From: an uncultured Mycoplasma sp.
GTDB taxonomy: Bacteria > Bacillota_I > Bacilli_A > RF39 > UBA660
Assembly: GCA_964430375.1 (NCBI GenBank)
Contig: CAYSEZ010000001.1
Span: 532-64,531 of the forward strand
Direction of reading: 5' to 3'
Length of the DNA: 64,000 nucleotides
The notes beneath the pieces are model-generated. The model made no database searches, was not told the origin of the DNA, and saw nothing but the letters and a program-made list of their open reading frames with translations. Position numbers and translations under genes: made by a program. This document shows, piece by piece, positions 10,403 through 20,251 of the stretch. Position 1 is the stretch's first letter; each line of letters begins with the position of its first letter.

Positions 10403-12447
10403 TATTTGTAATTTAACTCTTTATTAGTTTTCATTTCTATTGTAGCATCATTTATAGCGTCTTCTATGGTATTCATTTCATCTTCTATAGTGCTATAACC
10501 TATCGCAGCACCAAAGTTATAAGGTAGTTTTTCTAATTCTTTTTCAAGTTTTGAAATATAAGCATTTATTTGTGTTTTTGTATAACCTATTAAATAGATT
10601 AAAAATTCATTACCATCTGTTCTAATTATTTCACTTCTTTCTAGTTGAGTATTAATTAGTATTGCCGCAGCTTTTTTAATTAGTAAATCTCCTTCATTAT
10701 AACCATAGTTATCATTAATATATTTTAAGTTATTTAAGTCAATTACTATTATTGATTTAGGATATATTTTAGAGTCATCCCATTTATTAATATTAGCATT
10801 TAAGTAATTTCTATTTTTTAAAGATGTTAACATATCATTATATTTTAAAATATTTTCTTTTTTTACTAGTTTTATACTTTTTTTACTCTTTGATAATAAT
10901 ACTATTATAAATAATAAGAATATAGGTATTAATATTATACAAAGTATTATTACATAAATAGATTTAAAATTACTTTCATTATTTATTGTAGAGTAATAAT
11001 TGTTAATACTTCTGTTTTTAATATCATAATAGTCAGTATTATTTAATACAAAGTTAATAAGTTTATATAATACATTATTACTATTTTGAACATAGTAATA
11101 TGAACTATTATTATAATTATCCATAAATAATAAATTATATGATGATAAGTTGTTTTTATTTGCTATATAATCATATTCATCAAGTACTAAAATATTATCA
11201 TTATCAAGTTTTATATTTAGGTTATCAACTTGTTTTATTAAAGCATTATAATTATCATTTAAATAATTATATAAATTAGTATTTTGATATAAAATTATAT
11301 CTCTATTAACTAAACCTGTTTTATCAGTAATTATTTGATTACTTTTAGATAATGCAACTAGTTTAGAATCAAATGCAGAAACTGTTTTATAACCACTTTC
11401 ATTAGTATAATCAAAGTTAATAAATGCAATATCCACTACTCCTTGTTTAATTGCATTAACAAGTTTATCAGTGGTATCATAACTAATAAAATCAAATTCC
11501 ATATTAGCCATATTACTAATAACATTTATATATTCTCCTGCTAAACCATATAATTTGCCATTTTCTAATATGTTATATGAACCATTGTTAACAAAACCAT
11601 AAGTAAATGTACGACTAGATAAATTAGATTTATCTACATCTGTAATTAGTTTGTTACTAATATATAAATTCATTAAATTTTTTTCATATGAAGATTCATA
11701 ATTTATATTTTTCCAATCTTCTAAATATTTAATTAGTATATCATTTAATTTATCAGTTTTACCTAATCTTAATACTATTTTATTAGATAAATTATTAAAG
11801 TCATATTTTATATATAAACTATTTTCTAACACTTCATCAAACATTACATATCTAGGTCCTATAATATAGTTTACTTCACCATTATTTAATGCATTAATAA
11901 GTTCTTCTACTGTATCATAAGATTTAACTTCAGTACTAGAGTTATAATCAGTAAATTTTATATCTTTATCATTATCAAGAATACCCACTACTGGGGCATT
12001 TAGTTCTTCAAAACCTACGATAAATCCTTCGTTTTTGCCTACTAAAACATAAGAATCTTCCATAATTAGTAAATCTTTATCAGTTAATTTATCTGTATTT
12101 TTTAATATTAAAATGGATAAATCAGTGGTCTCATTACTAATTGGATATTCATAAGATTTTTTATTAAATGTAAGACCAGTTGTTTCAACTCTTTCTAAAA
12201 AATCAAATAATACTCCACTACCGTTTTCTCCAATAAAACTTAGATTATTAGGAACATTAATATCTATTAATGTAGTTTTGTTATTTTCTATCCATTGTTT
12301 TTCTAGTAATGTAAGTTTGCTTTCCTCATCTTCTGCATTAAGTAAGAAAAATAAACTTAATAAAAGTGCTAAAACCACTAATATAATAGTAACTATTTTC
12401 CATATTTTAAAGTTTTTTTTATTATTGTTTTTTCTATCTTTTTTCAT
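10402..12447 (-). CDS. Membrane sensor with a large extracytoplasmic domain and a degenerate GGDEF domain
   Basis: TM, then ~470-aa ectodomain, then TM, then a GGDEF fold (LTSLKNRNYL, VIDLNNLKYINDNYGYNEGD). The signature is RTDGNEF instead of RxGG(D/E)EF; I verified the DGNEF codons at 10603..10617. Confidence 0.75.
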   Translation of the reverse strand: MKKDRKNNNKKNFKIWKIVTIILVVLALLLSLFFLLNAEDEESKLTLLEKQWIENNKTTLIDINVPNNLSFIGENGSGVLFDFLERVETTGLTFNKKSYEYPISNETTDLSILILKNTDKLTDKDLLIMEDSYVLVGKNEGFIVGFEELNAPVVGILDNDKDIKFTDYNSSTEVKSYDTVEELINALNNGEVNYIIGPRYVMFDEVLENSLYIKYDFNNLSNKIVLRLGKTDKLNDILIKYLEDWKNINYESSYEKNLMNLYISNKLITDVDKSNLSSRTFTYGFVNNGSYNILENGKLYGLAGEYINVISNMANMEFDFISYDTTDKLVNAIKQGVVDIAFINFDYTNESGYKTVSAFDSKLVALSKSNQIITDKTGLVNRDIILYQNTNLYNYLNDNYNALIKQVDNLNIKLDNDNILVLDEYDYIANKNNLSSYNLLFMDNYNNSSYYYVQNSNNVLYKLINFVLNNTDYYDIKNRSINNYYSTINNESNFKSIYVIILCIILIPIFLLFIIVLLSKSKKSIKLVKKENILKYNDMLTSLKNRNYLNANINKWDDSKIYPKSIIVIDLNNLKYINDNYGYNEGDLLIKKAAAILINTQLERSEIIRTDGNEFLIYLIGYTKTQINAYISKLEKELEKLPYNFGAAIGYSTIEDEMNTIEDAINDATIEMKTNKELNYK

Positions 12448-12455
12448 ATTCCACC

Positions 12456-12902
12456 TTAAAATGTAAATTCTTCCTTATTCTTATTTTTATAACCTATAAT
12501 ACTAAAACTTTCATCTTCACTAGTTAAGAAAAGTTCTATATCATAATAACTTAATTGCTCTTCAGTAAAATATTCCGCTATAGTAGAAGTGATCTTTTTA
12601 GCATCTTTTTCACTAACTCCTTCTTTTATAGTTAAAATAACATTAACTATTCTACCATTAGTATAACTATTAGACTTAATAACAAAGCTTTCATTTACTA
12701 TCTCTTCATCTAGTTCTTTTAATTGTTTTTCAGTTACTTTTACATCTTCTATACCGTCTAATCTATTTCCATATACAGGTGTTCCACTATTGGGAATAAG
12801 AACTTTATATACACCATAGCCTAAAAATATAAGTAATATAAAAATAATAATAGCTAATGTAGTATACTTATTCTTTTTAAAATCTTTTAATAATTTATTC
12901 AT
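12456..12902 (-). CDS. Small membrane-anchored protein of unknown function
   Basis: N-terminal TM (TTLAIIIFILLIFLGYGVY). First gene of the apparent 12902->6996 operon. Confidence 0.6.
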   Translation of the reverse strand: MNKLLKDFKKNKYTTLAIIIFILLIFLGYGVYKVLIPNSGTPVYGNRLDGIEDVKVTEKQLKELDEEIVNESFVIKSNSYTNGRIVNVILTIKEGVSEKDAKKITSTIAEYFTEEQLSYYDIELFLTSEDESFSIIGYKNKNKEEFTF

Positions 12903-12997
12903 TTAATCAACTCCTTATTATTATCTATAATTAAAATTATTATAGCATATAATATAAAAAATTTAAAGTGTTCTAAACTTAGTATATTAAAATAATA

Positions 12998-13074
12998 TGG
13001 CGTCCCCGATTGGAATCGAACCAACGACCTATTGCTTAGGAGGCAATCGCTCTATCCTACTGAGCTACGAGGAC
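12998..13074 (-). tRNA. tRNA-Arg (anticodon CCU)
   Basis: Minus-strand sequence: GTCCTCGTAGCTCAGTAGGATAGAGCGATTGCCTCCTAAGCAATAGGTCGTTGGTTCGATTCCAATCGGGGACGCCA. The 7-bp acceptor stem is GTCCTCG/CGGGGAC. The anticodon loop is CTCCTAA. The T-arm is GGTTCGATTCC. CCA is encoded. Confidence 0.92.
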
Positions 13075-13151
13075 CCAATAATATTGTATCAAAATTCTGA
13101 TAAAATGTCATTAGTTTACAAAAAATAATAAAAAAAATACATCGACTCTTT

Positions 13152-13685
13152 TTATTCGTGTATTTTTTTAATATATAAGTTTATATCACTAAATCCAACA
13201 TTTGAAGTATTTAAATCACCAGATATATAACTTTTAATCTCTATAATTGTAGGTTCTTCAAATCTAAATAAAATACTTCGAGAAAAATATAACTTAGGTA
13301 CATTACCTGCATCAAGTACAAAAGATAAACCCTTTATTTCAGCATTATCTATAGTTTGAACCGATATACTTCCTCCGTGATCACTATCAATATTTTCAAT
13401 TAAACCCGATAAAGAGATTTCATAAAGTCCTTTTTCTAGTTCTACATTGTTATCATAAATACTAAAATAATTAGATGGATTAGGTACAAGCCAAGGAGTA
13501 TCAAATGTTAATTTTGAAGAAGTGTTTTCATCTTTAAAAGTAGTAAAAAATATACCCTCATTTGAAGATGGAATTAAAGGACCCGGATCTCCCTTTTCTC
13601 CTTTTTTTAAAGTAAAATTACCTATACCTAATTTTATTAATTTTTTTCTTAATTCATTTAACTCACAAAATTCATCATTATACAT
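13152..13685 (-). CDS. BclA-like protein: three collagen triplets plus a C1q/TNF-like C-terminal domain (tentative)
   Basis: GEKGDPGPL forms three G-X-Y triplets (13575..13601, a local GC-rich patch). It is followed by a ~140-aa beta-rich domain whose pattern (EKGLYEISLSGLIEN, ISVQTIDNAEIKG, INLYIKKI) parallels the BclA C-terminal domain. Confidence 0.45.
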   Translation of the reverse strand: MYNDEFCELNELRKKLIKLGIGNFTLKKGEKGDPGPLIPSSNEGIFFTTFKDENTSSKLTFDTPWLVPNPSNYFSIYDNNVELEKGLYEISLSGLIENIDSDHGGSISVQTIDNAEIKGLSFVLDAGNVPKLYFSRSILFRFEEPTIIEIKSYISGDLNTSNVGFSDINLYIKKIHE

Positions 13686-13734
13686 AAATTGCCTCCGTTA
13701 TATTATATGAAAAAAATAATATATTGTCAGTATA

Positions 13735-15540
13735 TTATTTAATTTTTTTATAAGTGTCTATATTTAAAAAACTAGAACTATAGTTATCTATATAACTATC
13801 TCCTGCTAGATCTATTGTTTCTTTTTTAGAACTATATTTACTTGAATTAATTAATACAATAGGTAAATCATATTTTTTACTAAATTCTAAATCACCGATC
13901 TTTATTTCATCAAAACATACAATATAACTAGGGAATAATATATTATTATCATCGTAATCTTTATTTTTAATTAATATTTCATTATAACCTTTAGTTCTTT
14001 TTACTAATTCTTCACTTGTAAACAATCTTTGAACTCTATTGCTACTATTTAATCCTTCAGAAAATGAATCAGATTCATATAAATGAACAATATTATCTAT
14101 ATCAGGATCAAATCCTAATATAATATTTTCTTCTTTATTTCTAAAAGTAGTAAGATTATCATTACTTATCAAAGTAAAACTTAGTGTTTTTTGTTTTGGA
14201 TTCCAATCTCTATCAATAGGTTTATTTCTCTTAAAAAGTGTATGATTAATCAAAGCATAAAATTTTTCTCCTTCTAATTCATATACTCTACTTTCATATT
14301 TATTGCTTTGTTTAAGTTTGTTAAAGTCTATTAAATTACTTTTAATTTGGTTATATGAATGATTTCTAATGCGTCTAAAATCATCATAGAATATAGAGGT
14401 GTAATCTTTACCATTATTTAAACTATTAAATAATTCAATTCTTTCTTCATTAGATAAATTATAATAATTAATTAATTTATTATATATATTTAAATTCTCT
14501 TTATCTATTAGATTTTCCTCTACAAGAGATAAATAATTAAGTATGGAATAAACATTTTTTAAAAAGTTATAAGTAATATCATTAAAATACATATCAATAG
14601 TTATTTCTAAACTTTCTTTAATTGATAGTTGTTGTAAATACTTTAAAATATCATCTTTATTTTTAAATTTATCTATTTCTTTTAAATAAAAGCTATTTTC
14701 TTTTATTATATCTGTATAATCCAAATTATTTATTATTTTATTGTATAGTGTATTATAATTAGGTAATAAACCATTATTTATATTATTAAATATATTTATA
14801 TATTTTTTCTTTCTAAGAGATTCTACTTCATTTTTAAAATAAATATTAGAGATATTTTCTATATAGTTTCTATATTTATTAACATCATTAATTTCTAAAT
14901 ATTTTGAGATTAATTTATTATTATATAAATGATTAGGTATTTTTATATCTTTTTTAATATAATATTCATTTATAATATCAATATCAGTATTTAAAAACAT
15001 ATTTGAAAAATAAGGTTCATTTAGAAGCATTTCTATTACTTTAGAATCTAATAAGTATAAAAAGTTTGTTTTTATATTTTGATTAATTAATGTATTTAGA
15101 TTATCTCTATTAGATAGTAATTCGTATTGAATATTAGAATTTAAATTAGATAAACAAGTTACATAGTTATTATTTTTAACTATTAATGATAATAATGCAT
15201 TAGCAAAGTTAATATCTAAGCATTCAAAATTATCAAAGTTTTCTACTACATATGAAAGTATTTTATCTTTTGTTAAAAACTTAGAACAACATTTGTTTTC
15301 AAGCATTACATCTATTATAAGGTATGTTCTTTCATTGTTATTAATAATTAGATCTATTAAATCATTATCTAATAAGTAATCTACATCATCATAAGTTAAT
15401 GATTTAATTATGGATGTAAATGTATTAAAGTTTCCTTCTTTTAATAATTGTTTTCTTATTTTTTTATCTTTTAGTAATTTTTGTTTTGTTTTAATATCAC
15501 TATTTATTATATTATTATATAAATCTTTTTTTTGAAACAT
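13735..15540 (-). CDS. Large soluble protein of unknown function
   Basis: 601-aa ORF with no TM and no motif I recognise. The N-terminal two thirds are Asn/Ile/Lys-rich and helical. The last ~200 aa are compositionally more ordinary. Confidence 0.6.
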   Translation of the reverse strand: MFQKKDLYNNIINSDIKTKQKLLKDKKIRKQLLKEGNFNTFTSIIKSLTYDDVDYLLDNDLIDLIINNNERTYLIIDVMLENKCCSKFLTKDKILSYVVENFDNFECLDINFANALLSLIVKNNNYVTCLSNLNSNIQYELLSNRDNLNTLINQNIKTNFLYLLDSKVIEMLLNEPYFSNMFLNTDIDIINEYYIKKDIKIPNHLYNNKLISKYLEINDVNKYRNYIENISNIYFKNEVESLRKKKYINIFNNINNGLLPNYNTLYNKIINNLDYTDIIKENSFYLKEIDKFKNKDDILKYLQQLSIKESLEITIDMYFNDITYNFLKNVYSILNYLSLVEENLIDKENLNIYNKLINYYNLSNEERIELFNSLNNGKDYTSIFYDDFRRIRNHSYNQIKSNLIDFNKLKQSNKYESRVYELEGEKFYALINHTLFKRNKPIDRDWNPKQKTLSFTLISNDNLTTFRNKEENIILGFDPDIDNIVHLYESDSFSEGLNSSNRVQRLFTSEELVKRTKGYNEILIKNKDYDDNNILFPSYIVCFDEIKIGDLEFSKKYDLPIVLINSSKYSSKKETIDLAGDSYIDNYSSSFLNIDTYKKIK

Positions 15541-15549
15541 ATTTCCTCC

Positions 15550-16068
15550 TTAAATATATATAATTTCCTCTACTTGTTTTTGATATTTATCTATAGGGAT
15601 ACTATCTATTAAGCATTGTTTATAACATAAACCAATAGAATATACTTTATTTTTAGTAAAGAATTTATCATAATAACCTTTACCATATCCTATTCTATAT
15701 TTATCTTTAGAAAAACATATACCAGGAGTTATACAAATACATTCTTTAAAATTAGTTATTTTTTTATTAGTAGTAGGTTCTAAAATATTATATTTACCTA
15801 TTTTTAAATCAGAGAGGCTTTCTATTATATAAAAATTAATTATATTATTTTCTACTTTAGGAGTAGCAATTATTTTTTTATTTAAAAAATATTTAATAAG
15901 TAATATAGTATCTATTTCTTCTTTGGTACTTACATAAGTAAGTATTATTTTACTTTTTATTACTTTTTTATTAGTAATTAGTTTTAGAAAGATAATAAAA
16001 TCTTTTAGTTTTTTTAAAGTTATATTTTTTCTAATATTTCTATATTTATTTCTTAATTCTTGTTTCAT
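15550..16068 (-). CDS. 5-formyltetrahydrofolate cyclo-ligase
   Basis: Family blocks: ILTYVSTKEEIDT, ILEP, and ITPGICFSKDKYRIGYGKGYYDKF. Confidence 0.8.
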   Translation of the reverse strand: MKQELRNKYRNIRKNITLKKLKDFIIFLKLITNKKVIKSKIILTYVSTKEEIDTILLIKYFLNKKIIATPKVENNIINFYIIESLSDLKIGKYNILEPTTNKKITNFKECICITPGICFSKDKYRIGYGKGYYDKFFTKNKVYSIGLCYKQCLIDSIPIDKYQKQVEEIIYI

Positions 16069-16098
16069 AGTTCTCCTAGAAAAAAAAGGCTAGTGCCT

Positions 16099-17190
16099 TT
16101 AAAAGTTTTTATGCATAAAAGTTGGTATTTCTATTTCTGATGGTTCAAAACTAGTACCAGAACTAGAATCTTCATCATCAAATTCATCTATATTTGGTGA
16201 AATTCTTTTACCCATAGTGTTATTTACTTCTTTATATAAAGGTTTGTTGCTTTTTTTATCAAAACCAGTAGCAATTACTGTAACTATTACTTCATCATTT
16301 AAGTTTTCGTTAATTACAGAACCAAAAATAGTATTAATATCAGTATTTGCTGCGGCACGTACTACTTCAGCAGCTTGTTCTGCTTCATATAATGTTAAGT
16401 TAGCTCCTCCAGTGATATTAATAATTGCATCTGTTGCACCATGAATTGAAGTTTCAAGTAGTGGCGATGATACTGCTTGTTTGGCAGCTTCAATTGCTCT
16501 ATCTTCACCCATACCAATACCAATACCAATAATTGCATTACCTGATTTTTCCATAACTGCACGGATATCTGCAAAGTCTAGGTTAACAAGTCCTACTACA
16601 GCGATTAGATCTGAAATAGATTGTACACCACGAAGTAATACATTATCTACTTCTTTAAATGCATCAAGCATTGGTGTAGATTTATCTATTATTTCTCTTA
16701 ATCTATCGTTAGGTATAACTATTAAAGTATCTACATGTTTTTTTAATTCTTCAATACCTGCGATTGCATTATCCATTCTTCTTTTTCCTTCAAAAGAGAA
16801 AGGACGAGTAACAATTCCTACAGTTAAAGCTCCTTGTGCCTCGGCAATTTCAGCGATTACAGGTGCTGCGCCAGTTCCAGTTCCTCCACCCATACCACAA
16901 GTAATAAATACCATATCTGCTCCTTTAAGCGCTTCTTCTATTTCTTTTTTTGCTTTTATTGCGGTTTCTTTTCCTATTTCAGGCTTTGCTCCTGCGCCAA
17001 GTCCTGTTCCAAGTTGGATTTTCTTTTCAGCCTTTGAAGCATTTAAAACTTGAGAGTCGGTATTTACTACAATAAATTCTACTCCTCTTACTCCGGCTTC
17101 TATCATACGGTTAACGGCATTTCCTCCTCCGCCACCTACACCTACTACTTTTATCTTTGCTAGTTGGTCCATCATTGCTAAATCAAGCAT
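16099..17190 (-). CDS. ftsZ: Cell division protein FtsZ
   Basis: [14 protein letters not shown] tubulin signature, plus [17 protein letters not shown] and [12 protein letters not shown] lies 8 nt upstream of the ATG. Confidence 0.98.
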   Translation of the reverse strand: MLDLAMMDQLAKIKVVGVGGGGGNAVNRMIEAGVRGVEFIVVNTDSQVLNASKAEKKIQLGTGLGAGAKPEIGKETAIKAKKEIEEALKGADMVFITCGMGGGTGTGAAPVIAEIAEAQGALTVGIVTRPFSFEGKRRMDNAIAGIEELKKHVDTLIVIPNDRLREIIDKSTPMLDAFKEVDNVLLRGVQSISDLIAVVGLVNLDFADIRAVMEKSGNAIIGIGIGMGEDRAIEAAKQAVSSPLLETSIHGATDAIINITGGANLTLYEAEQAAEVVRAAANTDINTIFGSVINENLNDEVIVTVIATGFDKKSNKPLYKEVNNTMGKRISPNIDEFDDEDSSSGTSFEPSEIEIPTFMHKNF

Positions 17191-17208
17191 AACATCATCT
17201 CCTTTATA

Positions 17209-18444
17209 TTAATCAAAAATTCTATCAAATATTTTACCTAATACACTACTGTTACCCATTTTTTTACCATTTACTATCATTTCCTCTTCTTCTTCTAAAG
17301 AAAACATAGTATATTCTTTTTCTCTTAAATTTAATTTATCAACAAAATATTTAATTGCACCATAACAAGTAATATATTTATTATCTCTTATTCCAAGTAT
17401 TCCAGTAGATAACGTTGAAACATTCTTAGAATAAAGTAAAGAGGCAACTGCATTAAAACCAAGCATCGAAGTAATACCTCCTGTAATTATTATATAACCA
17501 ATTTCTTTATTTGTTAAGTTATTTATTTCATTTTTAGCATTTTTTAATAATTCTATTGTTCTATATTCTACTAATTCTGCAAGTTTATAACTATCTATCT
17601 CTATTTTTTCATTATTACGATTAGTACAGCTATAAACTTCATCACTATCTGCGTATTTTCTATTTGCTACTGCAAAGTCTCTAACTATTTTATCTGTTTC
17701 TTCATCATCTGTTTTATAATTAAATAAAATGTCATTTGTTATATTATTAAAACCACTTTTAACAATTTCTTCTTTAATTATTACACCTTTATTGAAAACA
17801 GAAAGGACTGTTTTTTCTTTACCTATATCTATTAGTCCTACTACTTTGCTATCTAATTCATTATTTTTAGCAACATAGTAATTACATACTGAAGATATTG
17901 TAATATCTACTACTTCAATACCTAATGATTCTATTGCACTAACAACTGAATATACATTTTTTCTTGGAACTCTTGTTATAATAGACTTCATAGAAAGTTT
18001 TTTACCTTCTAGACCTAAAGGACTTTTTACTTTTTTTGTATCATCAATAATATATTGAATTGGGTATACACCAACTACTTCATAAGAAGAATCAGTAACT
18101 TCTTTTAAACTCTTTTGCATACCTTTGAATACAGTATCACCATCAATAATATTATCTAAAGTATCTACATTAATATCTGAAGATGCAATAGTAATATCTA
18201 AATTATTTGATGGTACTACTGCGATTAATTTTTCAAGTTTAGTACCTAGTTTACTTTCTACTTGTTTAACACATTTTTTTATACTATTAGAAACAAGAGC
18301 TAAGTCAACAATTAAACCTTGTTTAACTCCAAAAGAAGGAACAGATGCTGATGCTAAAACATTATATTTATTATTATAATACTCTAATACAACAATTTTT
18401 ATTTCATATGTTCCTATATCTATACTAGAATAAATATTTCTCAT
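17209..18444 (-). CDS. ftsA: Cell division protein FtsA
   Basis: Actin-like ATPase (SIDIGTYEIKIVV, GLIDIGKEKT, IIITGG). The track starts at 18450, but GAGG spacing favours the ATG at 18444. Confidence 0.9.
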   Translation of the reverse strand: MRNIYSSIDIGTYEIKIVVLEYYNNKYNVLASASVPSFGVKQGLIVDLALVSNSIKKCVKQVESKLGTKLEKLIAVVPSNNLDITIASSDINVDTLDNIIDGDTVFKGMQKSLKEVTDSSYEVVGVYPIQYIIDDTKKVKSPLGLEGKKLSMKSIITRVPRKNVYSVVSAIESLGIEVVDITISSVCNYYVAKNNELDSKVVGLIDIGKEKTVLSVFNKGVIIKEEIVKSGFNNITNDILFNYKTDDEETDKIVRDFAVANRKYADSDEVYSCTNRNNEKIEIDSYKLAELVEYRTIELLKNAKNEINNLTNKEIGYIIITGGITSMLGFNAVASLLYSKNVSTLSTGILGIRDNKYITCYGAIKYFVDKLNLREKEYTMFSLEEEEEMIVNGKKMGNSSVLGKIFDRIFD

Positions 18445-18504
18445 AAGCATACCTCATTCTATTTAAATTATACAATATAAAAATTTAAAACTCAAGTTAT
18501 TATT

Positions 18505-20238
18505 TTAACTATACCAAGTTTTTTCTATATTAACATTTTCACTATATGGTGCAACCAAGGGTAAATCAGTATTTATAATAATAGGTAATTTAAAACTAGT
18601 TCCAGTAATTAAACAAGTACCAGGATAAAAGTTTTTTATTTTGTCTATACTACTAATTGAAGTTCCAATCTGTTTAACAAATTTTAAATCTTCATCATAA
18701 AACATTTTAAATACTAAAAAATTACTTGTTTGTGAAATTGTTACTGTTGATAATTCATGTGGTCTTTGTGATATAAGCCCAAGTATAATACCATACTTTC
18801 TACCTTCTTTTGCTATTCTATCAAAAATATTATAACCTAGAACCTCTATATCAGAATCATTTTTTACATATCTATGTGCTTCTTCTAAAATAATATGAAT
18901 AGGAAGCTCTCCTCTAGGTTCTAACTTAGTAATAAAGTCAAATAACCATTTAGATAATATTTTAACTATTACTTTAGCAAATCTATCATCTAATGAATTT
19001 ATATTATAATTAATAACTTGATATTTATTATTATTTTTATCAATTAATAAATCACATATATATTTGTTTTTATCTACAAATGATGAATAATTAAAATACT
19101 CTTTTTTCTCTGATTTAATTAAACTATCTAGTCTTACTTTTAATATATTTGCATAATCAAATACTCTACTACTATTAAATATACCTTCTGAAAGAAGAGC
19201 AAATTCTAAAGCATCATAAAAGTCTTTAATGGTATAATAGTTCTTTTTATAAGAATATTTTAAATCAACTTTAACAAAGCTTTCTAAATACTCACATATT
19301 AAATCTATATTTTGAATCTTTCCTTGATCATCTATGTATAAACATTGTTTAAAAGAAATAGTCCATCCTCCTTTAGTAAGATTTTTATCTAAGTTTATAT
19401 CTTCTGTATTAAATTTAGAAAGTATTGATACTACTTGTGTTCTTATTTGATAATTACTATTATTATGAATAATATCAAGAAGAGAACGCGCTATTATATC
19501 ATTTTTATATTCTATAGTGGTACTTTCTAAAGAAGAAAAAACAGATACTAAAGAAAGGGCTTTATCAATAATAAATAGTTGTCTTTGTTCTTCAACATTT
19601 AGAAGTAATGCAATATCGTCAGTATCAAGTAGGTAAAAAGGTATAGAAAGTTTTTCATTATCACTAGATAAATCTGTAGTTATTAACCTATAGTTTAAAT
19701 TACTAAATTTATTTTTTATATTTTTAAAGCAATCTTTATATTCACCATAAACATCAAAAATGAAAAAATTACTTTTAAATGGAGAATTATTACTTTCGTT
19801 AAATATTTTTTCTAAAATACTTGCAACTGTATAAGATTTACCAGAACCAGTATTACCTAAAATAGCAAAATGATTACTAAAAAATTTATTTATATCAAGT
19901 CCTATTTTATAATCATTATATATATAACTAGTACCTATTTTAAATGAATTATCATTGATTCCAAATATTATATCAAGTTCTTCTTTAGTTACTAAAGATA
20001 TATTGGAATTAAAACTAGGTTTTAATATATCTCCAAAAATAAAATTATTATTTTCTATATAGCCCAATAAAATACATTCTACTTTTGTTTCATTTATAGA
20101 GTATATTTCTGCGACAAATTTCTTTATATCATTAAATATTACATATTTATTTAATAAATTATTATTTATTTTAGTGTTTTCTTCAATTTCAAAGATTATT
20201 TTTTTACTATCAATACATATTATTTTTCCTTCAATCAT
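18505..20238 (-). CDS. HerA/FtsK-superfamily ATPase (DUF87-like) with an N-terminal HAS-barrel-like region
   Basis: Walker A GNTGSGKSYT, Walker B-like HIILEEAHRY, and an AKEGRKYGIILGLISQRPHELS block typical of HerA-type hexameric translocases. No TM. Confidence 0.75.
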   Translation of the reverse strand: MIEGKIICIDSKKIIFEIEENTKINNNLLNKYVIFNDIKKFVAEIYSINETKVECILLGYIENNNFIFGDILKPSFNSNISLVTKEELDIIFGINDNSFKIGTSYIYNDYKIGLDINKFFSNHFAILGNTGSGKSYTVASILEKIFNESNNSPFKSNFFIFDVYGEYKDCFKNIKNKFSNLNYRLITTDLSSDNEKLSIPFYLLDTDDIALLLNVEEQRQLFIIDKALSLVSVFSSLESTTIEYKNDIIARSLLDIIHNNSNYQIRTQVVSILSKFNTEDINLDKNLTKGGWTISFKQCLYIDDQGKIQNIDLICEYLESFVKVDLKYSYKKNYYTIKDFYDALEFALLSEGIFNSSRVFDYANILKVRLDSLIKSEKKEYFNYSSFVDKNKYICDLLIDKNNNKYQVINYNINSLDDRFAKVIVKILSKWLFDFITKLEPRGELPIHIILEEAHRYVKNDSDIEVLGYNIFDRIAKEGRKYGIILGLISQRPHELSTVTISQTSNFLVFKMFYDEDLKFVKQIGTSISSIDKIKNFYPGTCLITGTSFKLPIIINTDLPLVAPYSENVNIEKTWYS

Positions 20239-20251
20239 ACTACTTTTACCC

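Noticed and set aside
12903-15540. Integrated mobile element at tRNA-Arg.
   Set aside because: There is no integrase or recombinase, no visible direct repeat of the tRNA 3' end, and only two non-core genes. That is not enough evidence to call an island.
16481-17053. 190-aa plus-strand ORF, plus the 16217..16444 and 16834..17037 ORFs, all antisense to ftsZ.
   Set aside because: They lie entirely inside the unambiguous ftsZ CDS. Their translations are low-complexity Ala/Ser/Pro/Ile strings, which is what the reverse complement of Gly/Ala/Val-rich codons produces. No RBS is present.
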